Assembly (NCBI GenBank): GCA_963762995.1
Contig: CAVXMQ010000025.1
Span: 269,749 to 333,748, forward strand
Direction: 5' to 3'
DNA length: 64,000 bases
Origin: an uncultured Acidobacteriota bacterium
Lineage (GTDB): Bacteria > Acidobacteriota > Vicinamibacteria > Vicinamibacterales > 2-12-FULL-66-21
The notes under the pieces are model-generated. The model saw only the letters and a list, made by a program, of their open reading frames with translations, ran no database searches and was not told where the DNA came from. Positions 1 through 11,240 of this stretch are shown here, one piece after another (position 1 is the stretch's first letter; each line of letters opens with the position of its first letter). Both the position numbers and the translations under genes were made by a program.

Positions 1-1
1 C

Positions 2-286
2 GACGACCGCTGGATCGCCTACACGGCCGGTCTGAGCTACCTCCGGGAGAAACGGGGCGCAGAGGCGATCGCCGAGTTCGAGAAGATCACGAAGCACCAC
101 AGCATCGCGCCCTGGACGCCACTTTATCCCCTCGCGCATCTCGGCATCGCGCGTGCCGCGGTCATCGCCGGCGACACCGCCCGCGCCCGTACGGCCTACA
201 ACGAACTCCTGACGTTGTGGAAGAACGCCGACCCCGACTTCCCGGCGCTGGTCGCTGCGAAGCAGGAGTTGGGAGCACTTCGCTGA
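2..286 (+). CDS. C-terminal fragment of a TPR-repeat protein (5' end outside window)
   Basis: The frame is open from the window edge to TGA at 284-286. The translation ...AEFEKITKHHSIAPWTPLYPLAHLGIARAAVIAGDTARARTAYNELLTLWKNADPDFPAL... looks like a terminal TPR helix pair. Confidence 0.5.
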   Translation, partial: DDRWIAYTAGLSYLREKRGAEAIAEFEKITKHHSIAPWTPLYPLAHLGIARAAVIAGDTARARTAYNELLTLWKNADPDFPALVAAKQELGALR

Positions 287-340
287 TCCTCGTTGTATCG
301 CTGCGCCAAGTGTATTACTCTTACCGGTAGGAGTAATACC

Positions 341-565
341 ATGCGCCTCACCTCCAAAGGACAGGTCACGATCCCTCAGGAGTTTCGCGAAGCGCTCGGG
401 CTGTTGCCTCATTCCGAGGTGGAGTTCGAGCTCGACGGCGACTCCGTCCGGATTCGGAAGGCACGGAAGGCGGAAGGACGCGGGGCCACCATCGTCGCCA
501 GGATGAAGGGGACCGCCAGCAGCCGGATGACGACCGACCAGATCATGAAACTCACGCGGGGTTGA
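341..565 (+). CDS. vapB: AbrB/SpoVT-fold antitoxin (VapB-like)
   Basis: ATG at 341 follows an AGGAG-like RBS. MRLTSKGQVTIPQEFREALGL matches the SpoVT/AbrB N-terminal motif. The stop lies 3 nt before the PIN gene. Confidence 0.75.
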   Translation: MRLTSKGQVTIPQEFREALGLLPHSEVEFELDGDSVRIRKARKAEGRGATIVARMKGTASSRMTTDQIMKLTRG

Positions 566-568
566 GAC

Positions 569-970
569 GTGACGACTTTGGTCGATAGCAACGTCATCCT
601 CGACGTGGTGACCGATGACGCGGAGTGGGGAGACTGGTCGGCGTCGATGCTCTCCGCGTCCGCACACGAAGGGCGGCTGGTCATCAATCCGCTGATTTAC
701 GCCGAGGTCTCCTGCGGCTTCGCTGCCATTGAGGATCTGGACGACGCCGTTCCGGCGGAGTACTTCACCCGGGAGCCGCTTCCGTGGCCCGCGGCGTTCC
801 TGGCAGCGAAGGCGTTCGTGGCGTACCGCCGCCGCGGCGGCAAGCGTCCCGCTCCGTTGCCCGACTTTTATATCGGCGCCCACGCCGCGATTGCCGGCCA
901 CACCCTCCTGACCCGCGACGCCCGCCGTTACAAGACCTACTTCCCCAAGCTCCGCATCATCGCTCCCTGA
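569..970 (+). CDS. vapC: PIN-domain ribonuclease toxin (VapC-like)
   Basis: GTG start. LVDSNVILD, IYAEV and LLTRDARRY carry the conserved acidic PIN positions. The 133 aa product sits immediately downstream of the antitoxin. Confidence 0.8.
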   Translation: MTTLVDSNVILDVVTDDAEWGDWSASMLSASAHEGRLVINPLIYAEVSCGFAAIEDLDDAVPAEYFTREPLPWPAAFLAAKAFVAYRRRGGKRPAPLPDFYIGAHAAIAGHTLLTRDARRYKTYFPKLRIIAP

Positions 971-1021
971 ACACGGGTCTACTGAATTCGCGCTCCGGGC
1001 AAGCTATAATCCGCGCACTCC

Positions 1022-3725
<2,704 letters not shown>

Positions 3726-3729
3726 ACGC

Positions 3730-3807
3730 CCTCAGCTCAGACTCAGCTCAGACTCAGCTCAGACTCAGCTCAGATCTCAGCTCAGACTCGACTCAGGCTC
3801 GACTCAG
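3730..3807. repeat. Tandem array of about seven 11-bp units (CTCAGCTCAGA, degenerating to CTCGACTCAGG)
   Basis: Read directly from the sequence, in the intergenic space between the kinase stop (3725) and the RAYT stop (3836). Confidence 0.9.
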
Positions 3808-3835
3808 GGGCGTCAGGCCGGTGAACAGCGGATTC

Positions 3836-4561
3836 TCACGCCTGCGCAGCGGTCGGAGACGTTTCGACGCTTCCAAGGTCGCCGCCGGCGGGCGTTTCCC
3901 CGGCGCGAGGGCTGCCCGGCAGCGCCAGCTCCTTCAATATCTCCTTCTTGAAGGCGCTGTCACCGAGGATGCGATCCTTAGAGCGGATCCGATCCTCGAT
4001 AGCGCCGTCGTCGCGGTTCGTGACAACGAAGGCTTTGAACCGCGCCTGGAGGGTTGCAGTATCTGCAACGCCGAACTGGCTCAAGACGGTTTCCACCGAC
4101 AAGAATGCCGGCGCGCCCTCGAGGCCCGCCAGGGCTCGAAAGCTTCCGTAGCGCCATTCTGAGAGATCGTTGACCATGCCGGCACGCAACGGATTGCGGG
4201 CGACATAGCGGATGAGCGTCATCAGATAGTCGCCACGGGAGACGATCTGGTCCTTGAATCGTCCTTGGAACGTGTGCCCGACGCGCCCGTGTCGCTTGTT
4301 CCACCACTTCGCGTACTCACCGTTCAGCCTTTGCATCGCCCGCGAGATGTTGGCCCGCGTGGGGCGAAGAATGGCGTGGTAGTGATTCGACATTCCCACG
4401 AAGCCCCAGCATTCGATGCCGTACTCGTCGACCACCATCCCAAGGAGGAACTCAAATTGTCGATAGTCCACAGCGTCGAGAAAGATCTGCATCCGTCCGT
4501 TGCCTCGGGACATGACGTGACGCACGTAGCCTGGAGCTTGGATGCGCACTCTGTTTGACAT
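3836..4561 (-). CDS. REP-associated tyrosine transposase (RAYT) / IS200-like Y1 transposase
   Basis: Start is MSNRVRIQAPGYVRHVMSRGN. The HUH motif is in GMSNHYHAIL and the catalytic Tyr helix is LIRYVARNPLRAGMV. I chose the ATG at 4559-4561 over the longer ORF start at 4639. Confidence 0.8.
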   Translation of the reverse strand: MSNRVRIQAPGYVRHVMSRGNGRMQIFLDAVDYRQFEFLLGMVVDEYGIECWGFVGMSNHYHAILRPTRANISRAMQRLNGEYAKWWNKRHGRVGHTFQGRFKDQIVSRGDYLMTLIRYVARNPLRAGMVNDLSEWRYGSFRALAGLEGAPAFLSVETVLSQFGVADTATLQARFKAFVVTNRDDGAIEDRIRSKDRILGDSAFKKEILKELALPGSPRAGETPAGGDLGSVETSPTAAQA

Positions 4562-4708
4562 GCATCCATCGACTTCAACGTCCGCGCCAGTTGGTTTCGT
4601 GCGAAAAGAGCCGGAAACGCCGCGGCAACGGCCCCCCACAGCGCAGATTTAGCCACAGACGCGGCGGCGCCACATCTCAGATCCTGCGACGGTAGGCGGC
4701 CCGCCCCT

Positions 4709-4771
4709 GTCTGAGCCAGGTCTGACCGCAGTCTGAGTTGAGTCTGAGTTCAGTCTGAGCTGGGTCTGAGC
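4709..4771. repeat. Tandem array of about six 11-bp units (GTCTGAGNNNN), the reverse complement of the 3730-3807 array
   Basis: The sequence reads gtctgagccag gtctgaccgca gtctgagttga gtctgagttca gtctgagctgg gtctgagc. TCTGAGCTGAG is the reverse complement of CTCAGCTCAGA. Confidence 0.9.
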
Positions 4772-4815
4772 GCGAAGGCGACCCGGGCAACGGACCGCGG
4801 ACAACGGGCAACGGC

Positions 4816-7049
4816 TTACGTCGCCGGTCCCAGAATCCGATCGCCGCCCGCCGCCAGAAATGACTCGATCCCCTCGCGGTATTGACGCTCCGCGTACGCC
4901 ACCACCTCGCTGAACTCTGCCTGGTCCCTCACTGGATTCAGCCAAGGATCGCGCATCAGCAGCGCGTAGGCGTGGAAGCCACCCTCGATCGAGCGCCGGA
5001 GCATCTCCATCGCGCGCGGATGTTCGGTAGCCGTCAGCGTGCGCGCGAGGTAATAAGTCGAGCAGGGATCGCGCAGCGGCCAGCGCTCGATCATCGCGTC
5101 CGCTGCCGCGCGTGCGGTCTCGAGGTCACCGTGCCAGAGCGCGAGCGTTCCCTCGATGATGCGTTGGAACAGCTTCGGAATTCCGGCACCCTGCAATCGT
5201 TCTAGAAACGCGATCGCCTCTTCCTTCCGGCCCAGCAGCTCCATCGCCAGGCCCGTGACGAGCGGCGGATCTTCGAGATCGGTTTCGATCACCTTTTCAT
5301 AATCACCGGTGGCGAAGAAGGCGTGACTCACGGCCGTCCGGATCTGCGGCTCGAGCCTCCGTGCGTGCTCGTGGGCGGCGATCGCGGGGCGCTCGAGCCC
5401 GGCATAGCGGCACGCTTGCACGAGCCCGGCAAAGAGCTCCGCATCGGCCGAACGCGTGCGAGCGCGTTCGAGCAGGCGCAGCATCGCGGCGCGCGCGCGG
5501 CCCGACTCGAGCTCCACCATCGTGTAGTGGTTGTGCGCGAGCGAGAGTTCCGGATTGAGCTCGAGCGCGCGTTTGAAGGCGTCCTCGGCAAGGGAATAGT
5601 TCTGCTCGGACGCCTCGTCGGAGTAGAGCGAGATCACCCGGTAGATCCTGCCCAGCCGCGCCCACGCCGGGGCATACGACGGGTCTTCTTCGAGGCACTG
5701 TCGATACAGATCGCGCGCGACCGTCCAGTTCCGCGAGGTGTAGGCGATCTGGTTGGCGCGCAGGTAGAACTCGTAGGCCTTCGCGGTGGCCGGCACGTCA
5801 CGCTTCAGGTTCCGCTCGTCGCGCGCGCTCAGTGGAACGGCGAGCGACTCGACGATCCGGGTAGTCAGCGCATCCTGCAGCTGAAAGATGTCCCCGAGCA
5901 TTACCTGCGTCGTCTGCGACCACCGCACCGTGCCCCCGGCACCTCGGCGAGCTGCGTCGTCACCCGCACCTGGTCGCCGGCGCGCAGCAGCGTGCCGGTG
6001 AGCACGGCGTCCACGTCCGCCTTGTCGGCGATCTTGTCGAGATCGGGGCTGTCTCCGGCGAGCGCCGCGGCGGTGACGCTCGAGCGGACCACGAGGGAGT
6101 CCAGCGCCGAGAGCGACGTCGTCAGCGCGTCCGAAAGGCTGAAGGCGAGGAAGTCGATGTCGGGATCAGCGCGCAGCACGCGGAAGGGGAGCACGATCAA
6201 TCGCGTCATCGGCCGCACCTGCTGGGCGACCGTGCCGCTCTCGGTGCGCGGCCGCGCCGCGCGCAGGTCGTCGGCCATGGCGGCAGCCGAGGCGTAGCGA
6301 TCGTGCGGCTTCTTGGCGATCGCCTTGTGGATCACGCGGTCGATCGCCGCGATCGCGGGTGATCCGCCGAGCGCCGGCGGGTTCTCGTAGGCGATGGCAT
6401 GGACGAGGGCGGGGACGGAGGCTCCCGAGAACGGCGGCTGCCCCGTCAGCATTTCGTAGAGGACGACGCCGGTGGCAAAGATGTCGCCGCGCGCGTCGAC
6501 GTGCTGGCCGAGGATCTGCTCCGGCGGCATGTACTGGGGCGTGCCGAACACCATGCCGGGTCCCGTCAGTCGCGTTTCCGCTTCAGTCATCGACACCGGA
6601 CGCGCGAGGCCGAAGTCGAGCAGCTTCACGCCGTGCGGCGTGAGGAAGATGTTGGACGGTTTCAAGTCGCGATGGATCAGTCCCCGCGCGTGCAGCGCCT
6701 CGAGCGCCGCGAGGGTGGAGAGCGCAATCGGCACCGCCTCGTTGATTGGCAACGGTCCGCGTTCGAGCCGCGCCGCCAGCGACTCACCCTCGAGATACTC
6801 CATCGCGATGAAGAGGTCCCCGTTCTCTTCACCGATGTCGTACAGCTGGCAGATATTGGGATGGCTGACCGCCGCCGCCGCGCGCGCCTCCCGCCGCAAC
6901 CGCTCGGCCGCGTCCGGGTCGGTGGAGGACCGCCGAATCATCTTCAGCGCCACGGTCCGCCCCAGCCGGGCATCCCGCGCCGAATACACGACGCCCATCC
7001 CGCCCTCGCCGAGCGTCCCCGTTATCTCGTAGTGCCCAATTGTTTTCAC
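4816..7049 (-). CDS. Ser/Thr protein kinase with TolB-N-like and TPR C-terminal region (one frame change near 5930)
   Basis: Kinase motifs are GTLGEGGMGVVYSA, ALKMI, HRDLKPSNIF, DFGLAR and GTPQYMPPE. The TPR part (ORF 4816-5928) continues the kinase ORF (5901-7049) after a 1-nt shift. Confidence 0.85.
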
Positions 7050-7072
7050 GGAATCTGCATTATTCCGTAATT

Positions 7073-7114
7073 CGTTGTCCGTTGTCCGTTGTCCGTTGTC
7101 CGTTGTCCGTTGTT
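7073..7114. repeat. Heptamer tandem array (CGTTGTC x6)
   Basis: Read directly from the sequence, between the kinase start (7049) and the four-helix-bundle gene end (7134). Confidence 0.9.
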
Positions 7115-7133
7115 CGAGGTCCGAGTGCGATCT

Positions 7134-7554
7134 CTACTTGAGGAGCCACCAGCGAATAGAGAAGATCGCCACGACCTTGGCGCCCTCGGTCGCACGATTG
7201 CGCACAATGCTCTTTTGAAGTCCGTGTAACAACTGGCGAGAACGCGCGATCTCGGCCTCTACACCAGCTGCTGCAGCACCGTCAACTAGCCGAGTCGAAA
7301 ACCCAGCTCGACACACGTCGAGAGTTCCGCGAACGAGCCCAGGGCGATGCGAACGTGATTTCTGTTACGCAGCCCTGGGCCGTTCGCCTGGCCATCTGCC
7401 ACATTTGATGCGACCGAAACCGCCGCCCGGCGCATCTGCCTAGCAAGCTCGTAGCGCTCGCACGGCGGCAACCGCCCGATCACTTCGCAGAGCTTGACGG
7501 CGAGATCCATCGCCACGCACAAGCATCCCGAGCCCGGAAGCTGTTGATCGACAT
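7134..7554 (-). pseudogene. Four-helix-bundle protein (23S rRNA intervening-sequence protein family), two apparent frame changes
   Basis: MDLAVKLCEVIGRLPPCERYELARQMRRAAVSVASNVADG...IALGSFAELSTCVELGFRLG fits my memory of the family core pattern. The N-terminal piece MSINSFRARDACAW and the C-terminal piece (ORF 7134-7316) are in other frames. Confidence 0.6.
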
Positions 7555-7680
7555 CGCGGTTGCGGCCTCATCCTCCGGCTGCAAAGGATGAAGAACCTGC
7601 ACTGAATTCGCCTCCATCCCGTCCGGATGCGCCGCCTACCGCAACCGTGATGCCGCATCTCTCGCAACCCGAACCTCGGC

Positions 7681-7702
7681 CAACGGACAACGGACAACGG
7701 AC
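7681..7702. repeat. Heptamer array (ACAACGG x3), the reverse complement of the 7073-7114 array
   Basis: caacggacaacggacaacggac was read directly. GACAACG is the reverse complement of CGTTGTC. Confidence 0.85.
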
Positions 7703-7764
7703 CCCGAGAGCTCGGCGAGCGCAGCGAGCCGATGGAGTGCTAGACTCCGGGCCTCGGACTCCCA

Positions 7765-8403
7765 ATGTCTCGATGGCTCCTGGTTCTCGCCGCTCTACTG
7801 CTGGCGACGGCTTCGCCTGTCGCCACGGCGCAGGAAACTGACCATCAGCGCGCGCTGCGTCTCCTCGCGGCGCTCAACGAACGTCTTCCCGAGGCGTCGG
7901 CGGCGATCGGCTGGCTGAAAGAGTCGACGAAAGAGGACGCCAAGCTACCCGCCGACGTGCTGGATGGATTGCAGGATCTCCTCGCCGCCACCGACGCCGC
8001 AAAACAACTAAAGGACACCGACCGGAACGAGTTCGTGAAGCGCGCGGTGGCGGACCTTGGGATCAAGGCCGACTACTGCCTCCGCCATCCTGCAGGTATG
8101 GCGGCGCTCGTGGACGTCAACGTCCATACCTGGCGTCCGGATGCCGAGCCACGCGCCGAAGCGACGCAGTGGAACGTGATGTATCTCAGCGCGCCGATGG
8201 CGGTCTTCCCGGATCGCCAGGGCAAAGCCTTCCCCGGCTTCAGCTCGCCCGCCTCGAAATCCCTGCCGCCGGGCAACTACGTCGTCTGGGCCGAGGATTC
8301 CGCGAATCCTCTGCGGCGCGGTCCACGGAAAGACATTCAGATCGGCGATCCATCGAAGCCAGTCAGCGTGCGAGTGACGGCTGACATCCTGATCGCGAAG
8401 TGA
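7765..8403 (+). CDS. Secreted hypothetical protein
   Basis: The signal peptide MSRWLLVLAALLLATASPVATAQE is followed by a non-biased 212-aa ORF. Confidence 0.6.
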   Translation: MSRWLLVLAALLLATASPVATAQETDHQRALRLLAALNERLPEASAAIGWLKESTKEDAKLPADVLDGLQDLLAATDAAKQLKDTDRNEFVKRAVADLGIKADYCLRHPAGMAALVDVNVHTWRPDAEPRAEATQWNVMYLSAPMAVFPDRQGKAFPGFSSPASKSLPPGNYVVWAEDSANPLRRGPRKDIQIGDPSKPVSVRVTADILIAK

Positions 8404-9002
8404 TGCTCAGGCTGGACCAGATCGGAAAGAAGTGGAAGGCGGTCAGCTCCGTCGGCGCAGTGGTGATCGCGACGACGACGGCGTTCTTTCGGCCGCCGCC
8501 CGTCGGGGAGAGCGGCGGACTGATAGCCATCGGCGGATTCCTGGCGACCGTCTGCTCCGGCCTCATCTACGTCGCCATGGTGCGGTGGGCCAAGGCGGCC
8601 GACCTTCCGCGCTGGATTGCGGCCGCGGCCATCGGCACGGCGGCGGCCATCGCGTCTTTTTACCTGTACGAGGCCCAGTGGGATTCGCGGGTCGCGACTT
8701 ACCAGGGGCAACCCCAGGTAGTGGGCGACGTATTTACGGTTGAAGGCGCCGAGTGGGTCAGGCGCAGCGGGCATTCGGAGCCGAGTGCGTTACTGTTCGA
8801 TGCTGCCGGCCAGGCGGAGCAGATCTGGACGGTCGAGAGCATTCAGAACGTCCGGTCGCGCATGCGGCTGGCATACCTCGCAGGATTTCCGTTGGTGGCT
8901 GTCGGGATCCTCGCTACGCTTCAGGCCGTGCACTGCGCGCTCGACCCGCCTTCGCCAAGGCTTCGGCGAGGCAAGGACACCGCGAAAGAAGCGACCGGGT
9001 GA
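8400..9002 (+). CDS. Hypothetical membrane protein
   Basis: The start overlaps the upstream stop (GTGATG). Several hydrophobic helices are present (VVIATTTAFF, LIAIGGFLATVCSGLIYVAMV, AAAAIGTAAAIASFYL, FPLVAVGILATL). Confidence 0.55.
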   Translation: MMLRLDQIGKKWKAVSSVGAVVIATTTAFFRPPPVGESGGLIAIGGFLATVCSGLIYVAMVRWAKAADLPRWIAAAAIGTAAAIASFYLYEAQWDSRVATYQGQPQVVGDVFTVEGAEWVRRSGHSEPSALLFDAAGQAEQIWTVESIQNVRSRMRLAYLAGFPLVAVGILATLQAVHCALDPPSPRLRRGKDTAKEATG

Positions 9003-9010
9003 ACAGGGAG

Positions 9011-10042
9011 ATGCATATGACCCCGCACGACGAAGAGGCACGTATGGCGGCGCTGCGCCGCTATCGCATCCTCGACACGGCCCCGGAGCAGCGCTTCGAC
9101 GACCTTGCGCTGCTCGCGTCGCAGATCTGCGGGGCGCCGATGGCGCTCATCACGCTCGTGGATGCCGACCGCCAGTGGTTCAAGGCACGAGTCGGCATGA
9201 ACGGATCCGAAACGCCGCGCAGCATCTCCTTCTGCGCGCACGCGATGATGCAGCCGGATTGCTTCCTCGTTCCCGACGCGCTCGAAGATGCGCGCTTCCG
9301 CGACAACCCGCTGGTGACCGGCGATCCCCACATCCGCTTCTACGCAGGGGCGTCCCTCATGAGCCGTGAGGGTGAGCCGCTTGGCGCGATCTGCGTCGCG
9401 GACAGTGTTCCGCGTACGCTGACCGCCGATCAGACCGCGGCACTCGACGCGTTGCGCCGCCAGGTGCAGTCGCAGCTCGAGCTGCGTCGCAACCTCTTCG
9501 AGCTCCAGTCCGCGCTGGCCGCCCGCGATCATGCCGAAGAGACGCAGCAGCGTCTCATGGGCGAGCTGCGGGCGGCGCTCGACGAGGTGAACAAGCTCAG
9601 TGAGCTGATCCCCTTGTGCTCGACGTGCCACTTCAACATGGTGATCCCCGCCGATCCCGCGAGGATTTCCACCGTGAGCGAGGGCCTCGAGAAGATGTTG
9701 AAGGAGCGCGGCTGGGGAGAAGAGGAAATGATCGCGGTGGACCTCGCCGTCCGCGAGGGGCTCGCCAACGCCATTCGTCACGGCTGCGGAAACGACACCT
9801 CGAAGCAGGTGCAGTGCTGCGTGACCTTCGACCAACCCGGCGAAGTGGTCGTCGTCATTCGAGATCCTGGGCCAGGCTTCGACGCTTGCGCCCTTCCCGA
9901 TCCGATGGAACCGGAGAACATGCTGAAGTCCAGCGGCCGCGGCGTCTATCTGATCAACCAGCTGATGGACGAAGTTGGTTTCCGCGACGGCGGCCGCGAG
10001 GTTGAGATGCGTAAGCGCCGGGATGCTATGCTGCGAACTTAA
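9011..10042 (+). CDS. GAF-domain sensor fused to an RsbW/SpoIIAB-type ATP-binding (HATPase) serine kinase module
   Basis: The N-terminus EEARMAALRRYRILDT...FCAHAM...FYAGASL is GAF-like. The C-terminus LAVREGLANAIRHG...IRDPGPGFD...SGRGVYLINQLMDEV is anti-sigma-factor-like. I chose the ATG at 9011 over the longer ORF start at 8753. Confidence 0.75.
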   Translation: MHMTPHDEEARMAALRRYRILDTAPEQRFDDLALLASQICGAPMALITLVDADRQWFKARVGMNGSETPRSISFCAHAMMQPDCFLVPDALEDARFRDNPLVTGDPHIRFYAGASLMSREGEPLGAICVADSVPRTLTADQTAALDALRRQVQSQLELRRNLFELQSALAARDHAEETQQRLMGELRAALDEVNKLSELIPLCSTCHFNMVIPADPARISTVSEGLEKMLKERGWGEEEMIAVDLAVREGLANAIRHGCGNDTSKQVQCCVTFDQPGEVVVVIRDPGPGFDACALPDPMEPENMLKSSGRGVYLINQLMDEVGFRDGGREVEMRKRRDAMLRT

Positions 10043-11094
10043 TGGCAAACGACGTTATTCCCGCTCCCCCCGCAATCGATACTCCACAGGCCGCGTCTCA
10101 GCACGTGATGCAAATCGGGACCGGCTACATCGCCTCCACCGCGCTCTACATCGCCGCCCGGCTGAAGATCGCCGATCGCCTCGTGATCGGACCGAAGTCG
10201 GTGGCCGAGCTCGCCGCGGAAACTGGCGCGAACGAAGACGCGCTCTATCGGGTGCTGCGTCTGCTCGCCATGGTGGCGATCTTCACCGAAACCGAGCCCC
10301 GCACGTTCGCGAACAACCTGCCGTCCAAGATGCTCGTGTCAGGCGAACGCGGATCGGCCTACGACATGGCGCTGTGGATGTCGGACCCGTTCCACTTCCG
10401 TGTCTACGCCGAAGCGATGCACTCGGTGATGACCGGGCAGCCGGCGATAGAGAAGGCGACCGGTGTGCCGGTGTTCGAGTACTTTCCGCGCCACCCCGAG
10501 GAGTCCGAGATCTTCAACAACGCGATGACCGCGTTCAGCGCGTTCGTCATCCCCGCGGCACTCGACGCCTACGACTTCTCAGGCATCGATACCCTCGTGG
10601 ACGTCGCCGGCGGACACGGCCAGGTGTTGATCTCGGTCTTGCAGCGCTATCCGAACATGCGCGGCATCCTGTTCGACCTGCCCCACGTGATCAAGGGTGC
10701 GCTGCCTCGGATTCCAGCGGCCGGCGTCGAGGGCCGCCTCGCGACGCAGACTGGCGATTTCTTCGCGGCGGTGCCCCCCGGCGGCGACGCCTACATCATG
10801 AAGCACATCATTCATGACTGGGACGACGACCGGGCCCTGAAGATCCTCGAGAACATCAAGAAGGCGATGAAGCCCGGCGGGCGCGTCATCCTGCTCGAAT
10901 CGGTGTTGCTGCCCGGCAGCACTCAACCCGACTTCGGCAAGGTGATCGACATCGAGATGCTGCTGATGCCCGGCGGCAAGGAGCGCACCGAAGAAGAATT
11001 CCGCGCCCTCTTCGCCCGCGCCGGCTTCAAGCTCGCTCGAATCGTCCCCACGCAGTCCCCGCTCAGTGTGATTGAAGGCCGCCCGGTGCAGTAG
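10042..11094 (+). CDS. Class I SAM-dependent O-methyltransferase (dimerisation domain + Methyltransf_2 type)
   Basis: LVDVAGGHGQVL is the SAM-binding GxGxG motif, and DAYIMKHIIHDWDD is the typical COMT-family motif. The start overlaps the upstream stop (TAATG). Confidence 0.8.
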   Translation: MANDVIPAPPAIDTPQAASQHVMQIGTGYIASTALYIAARLKIADRLVIGPKSVAELAAETGANEDALYRVLRLLAMVAIFTETEPRTFANNLPSKMLVSGERGSAYDMALWMSDPFHFRVYAEAMHSVMTGQPAIEKATGVPVFEYFPRHPEESEIFNNAMTAFSAFVIPAALDAYDFSGIDTLVDVAGGHGQVLISVLQRYPNMRGILFDLPHVIKGALPRIPAAGVEGRLATQTGDFFAAVPPGGDAYIMKHIIHDWDDDRALKILENIKKAMKPGGRVILLESVLLPGSTQPDFGKVIDIEMLLMPGGKERTEEEFRALFARAGFKLARIVPTQSPLSVIEGRPVQ

Positions 11095-11114
11095 GCCGGG
11101 TCTTCAGACCCGGC
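11091..11114 (+). repeat. REP-like element: GTAG followed by a perfect 8-bp stem / 4-nt loop hairpin (GTAGGCCGGGTCTTCAGACCCGGC); likely also a terminator
   Basis: The stem gccgggtc/gacccggc was read directly and is followed by TTAT. The TAG stop of the methyltransferase lies inside the GTAG. A second copy is at 13242-13265. Confidence 0.7.
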
Positions 11115-11240
11115 TTATCGCTCGTGAAGAACTTGTAATCCTCGCGTCAAATACGTCGCGCCGCTCGGCACTGGCGCTCACGTCCGCCCCGAAAACCTCC
11201 GGTCCCGCGTGGCAGAGAAGTTGCGCCCGCTCTTGGCGCC

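Larger units (their letters stand above)
3730..4771 (-). mobile_element. RAYT cassette: Y1 transposase gene bracketed by inverted 11-mer tandem arrays (REPtron-like layout)
   Basis: The two arrays are in inverted orientation and flank a single HUH/Y1 transposase gene. Confidence 0.6.

Noticed and set aside
3730-4771. Possibility that the short tandem arrays (here and at 7073, 25353, 37735 and 39973) are CRISPR arrays
   Set aside because: The units are 7-11 bp and directly abutting with no unique spacers. No cas genes are present in the window.
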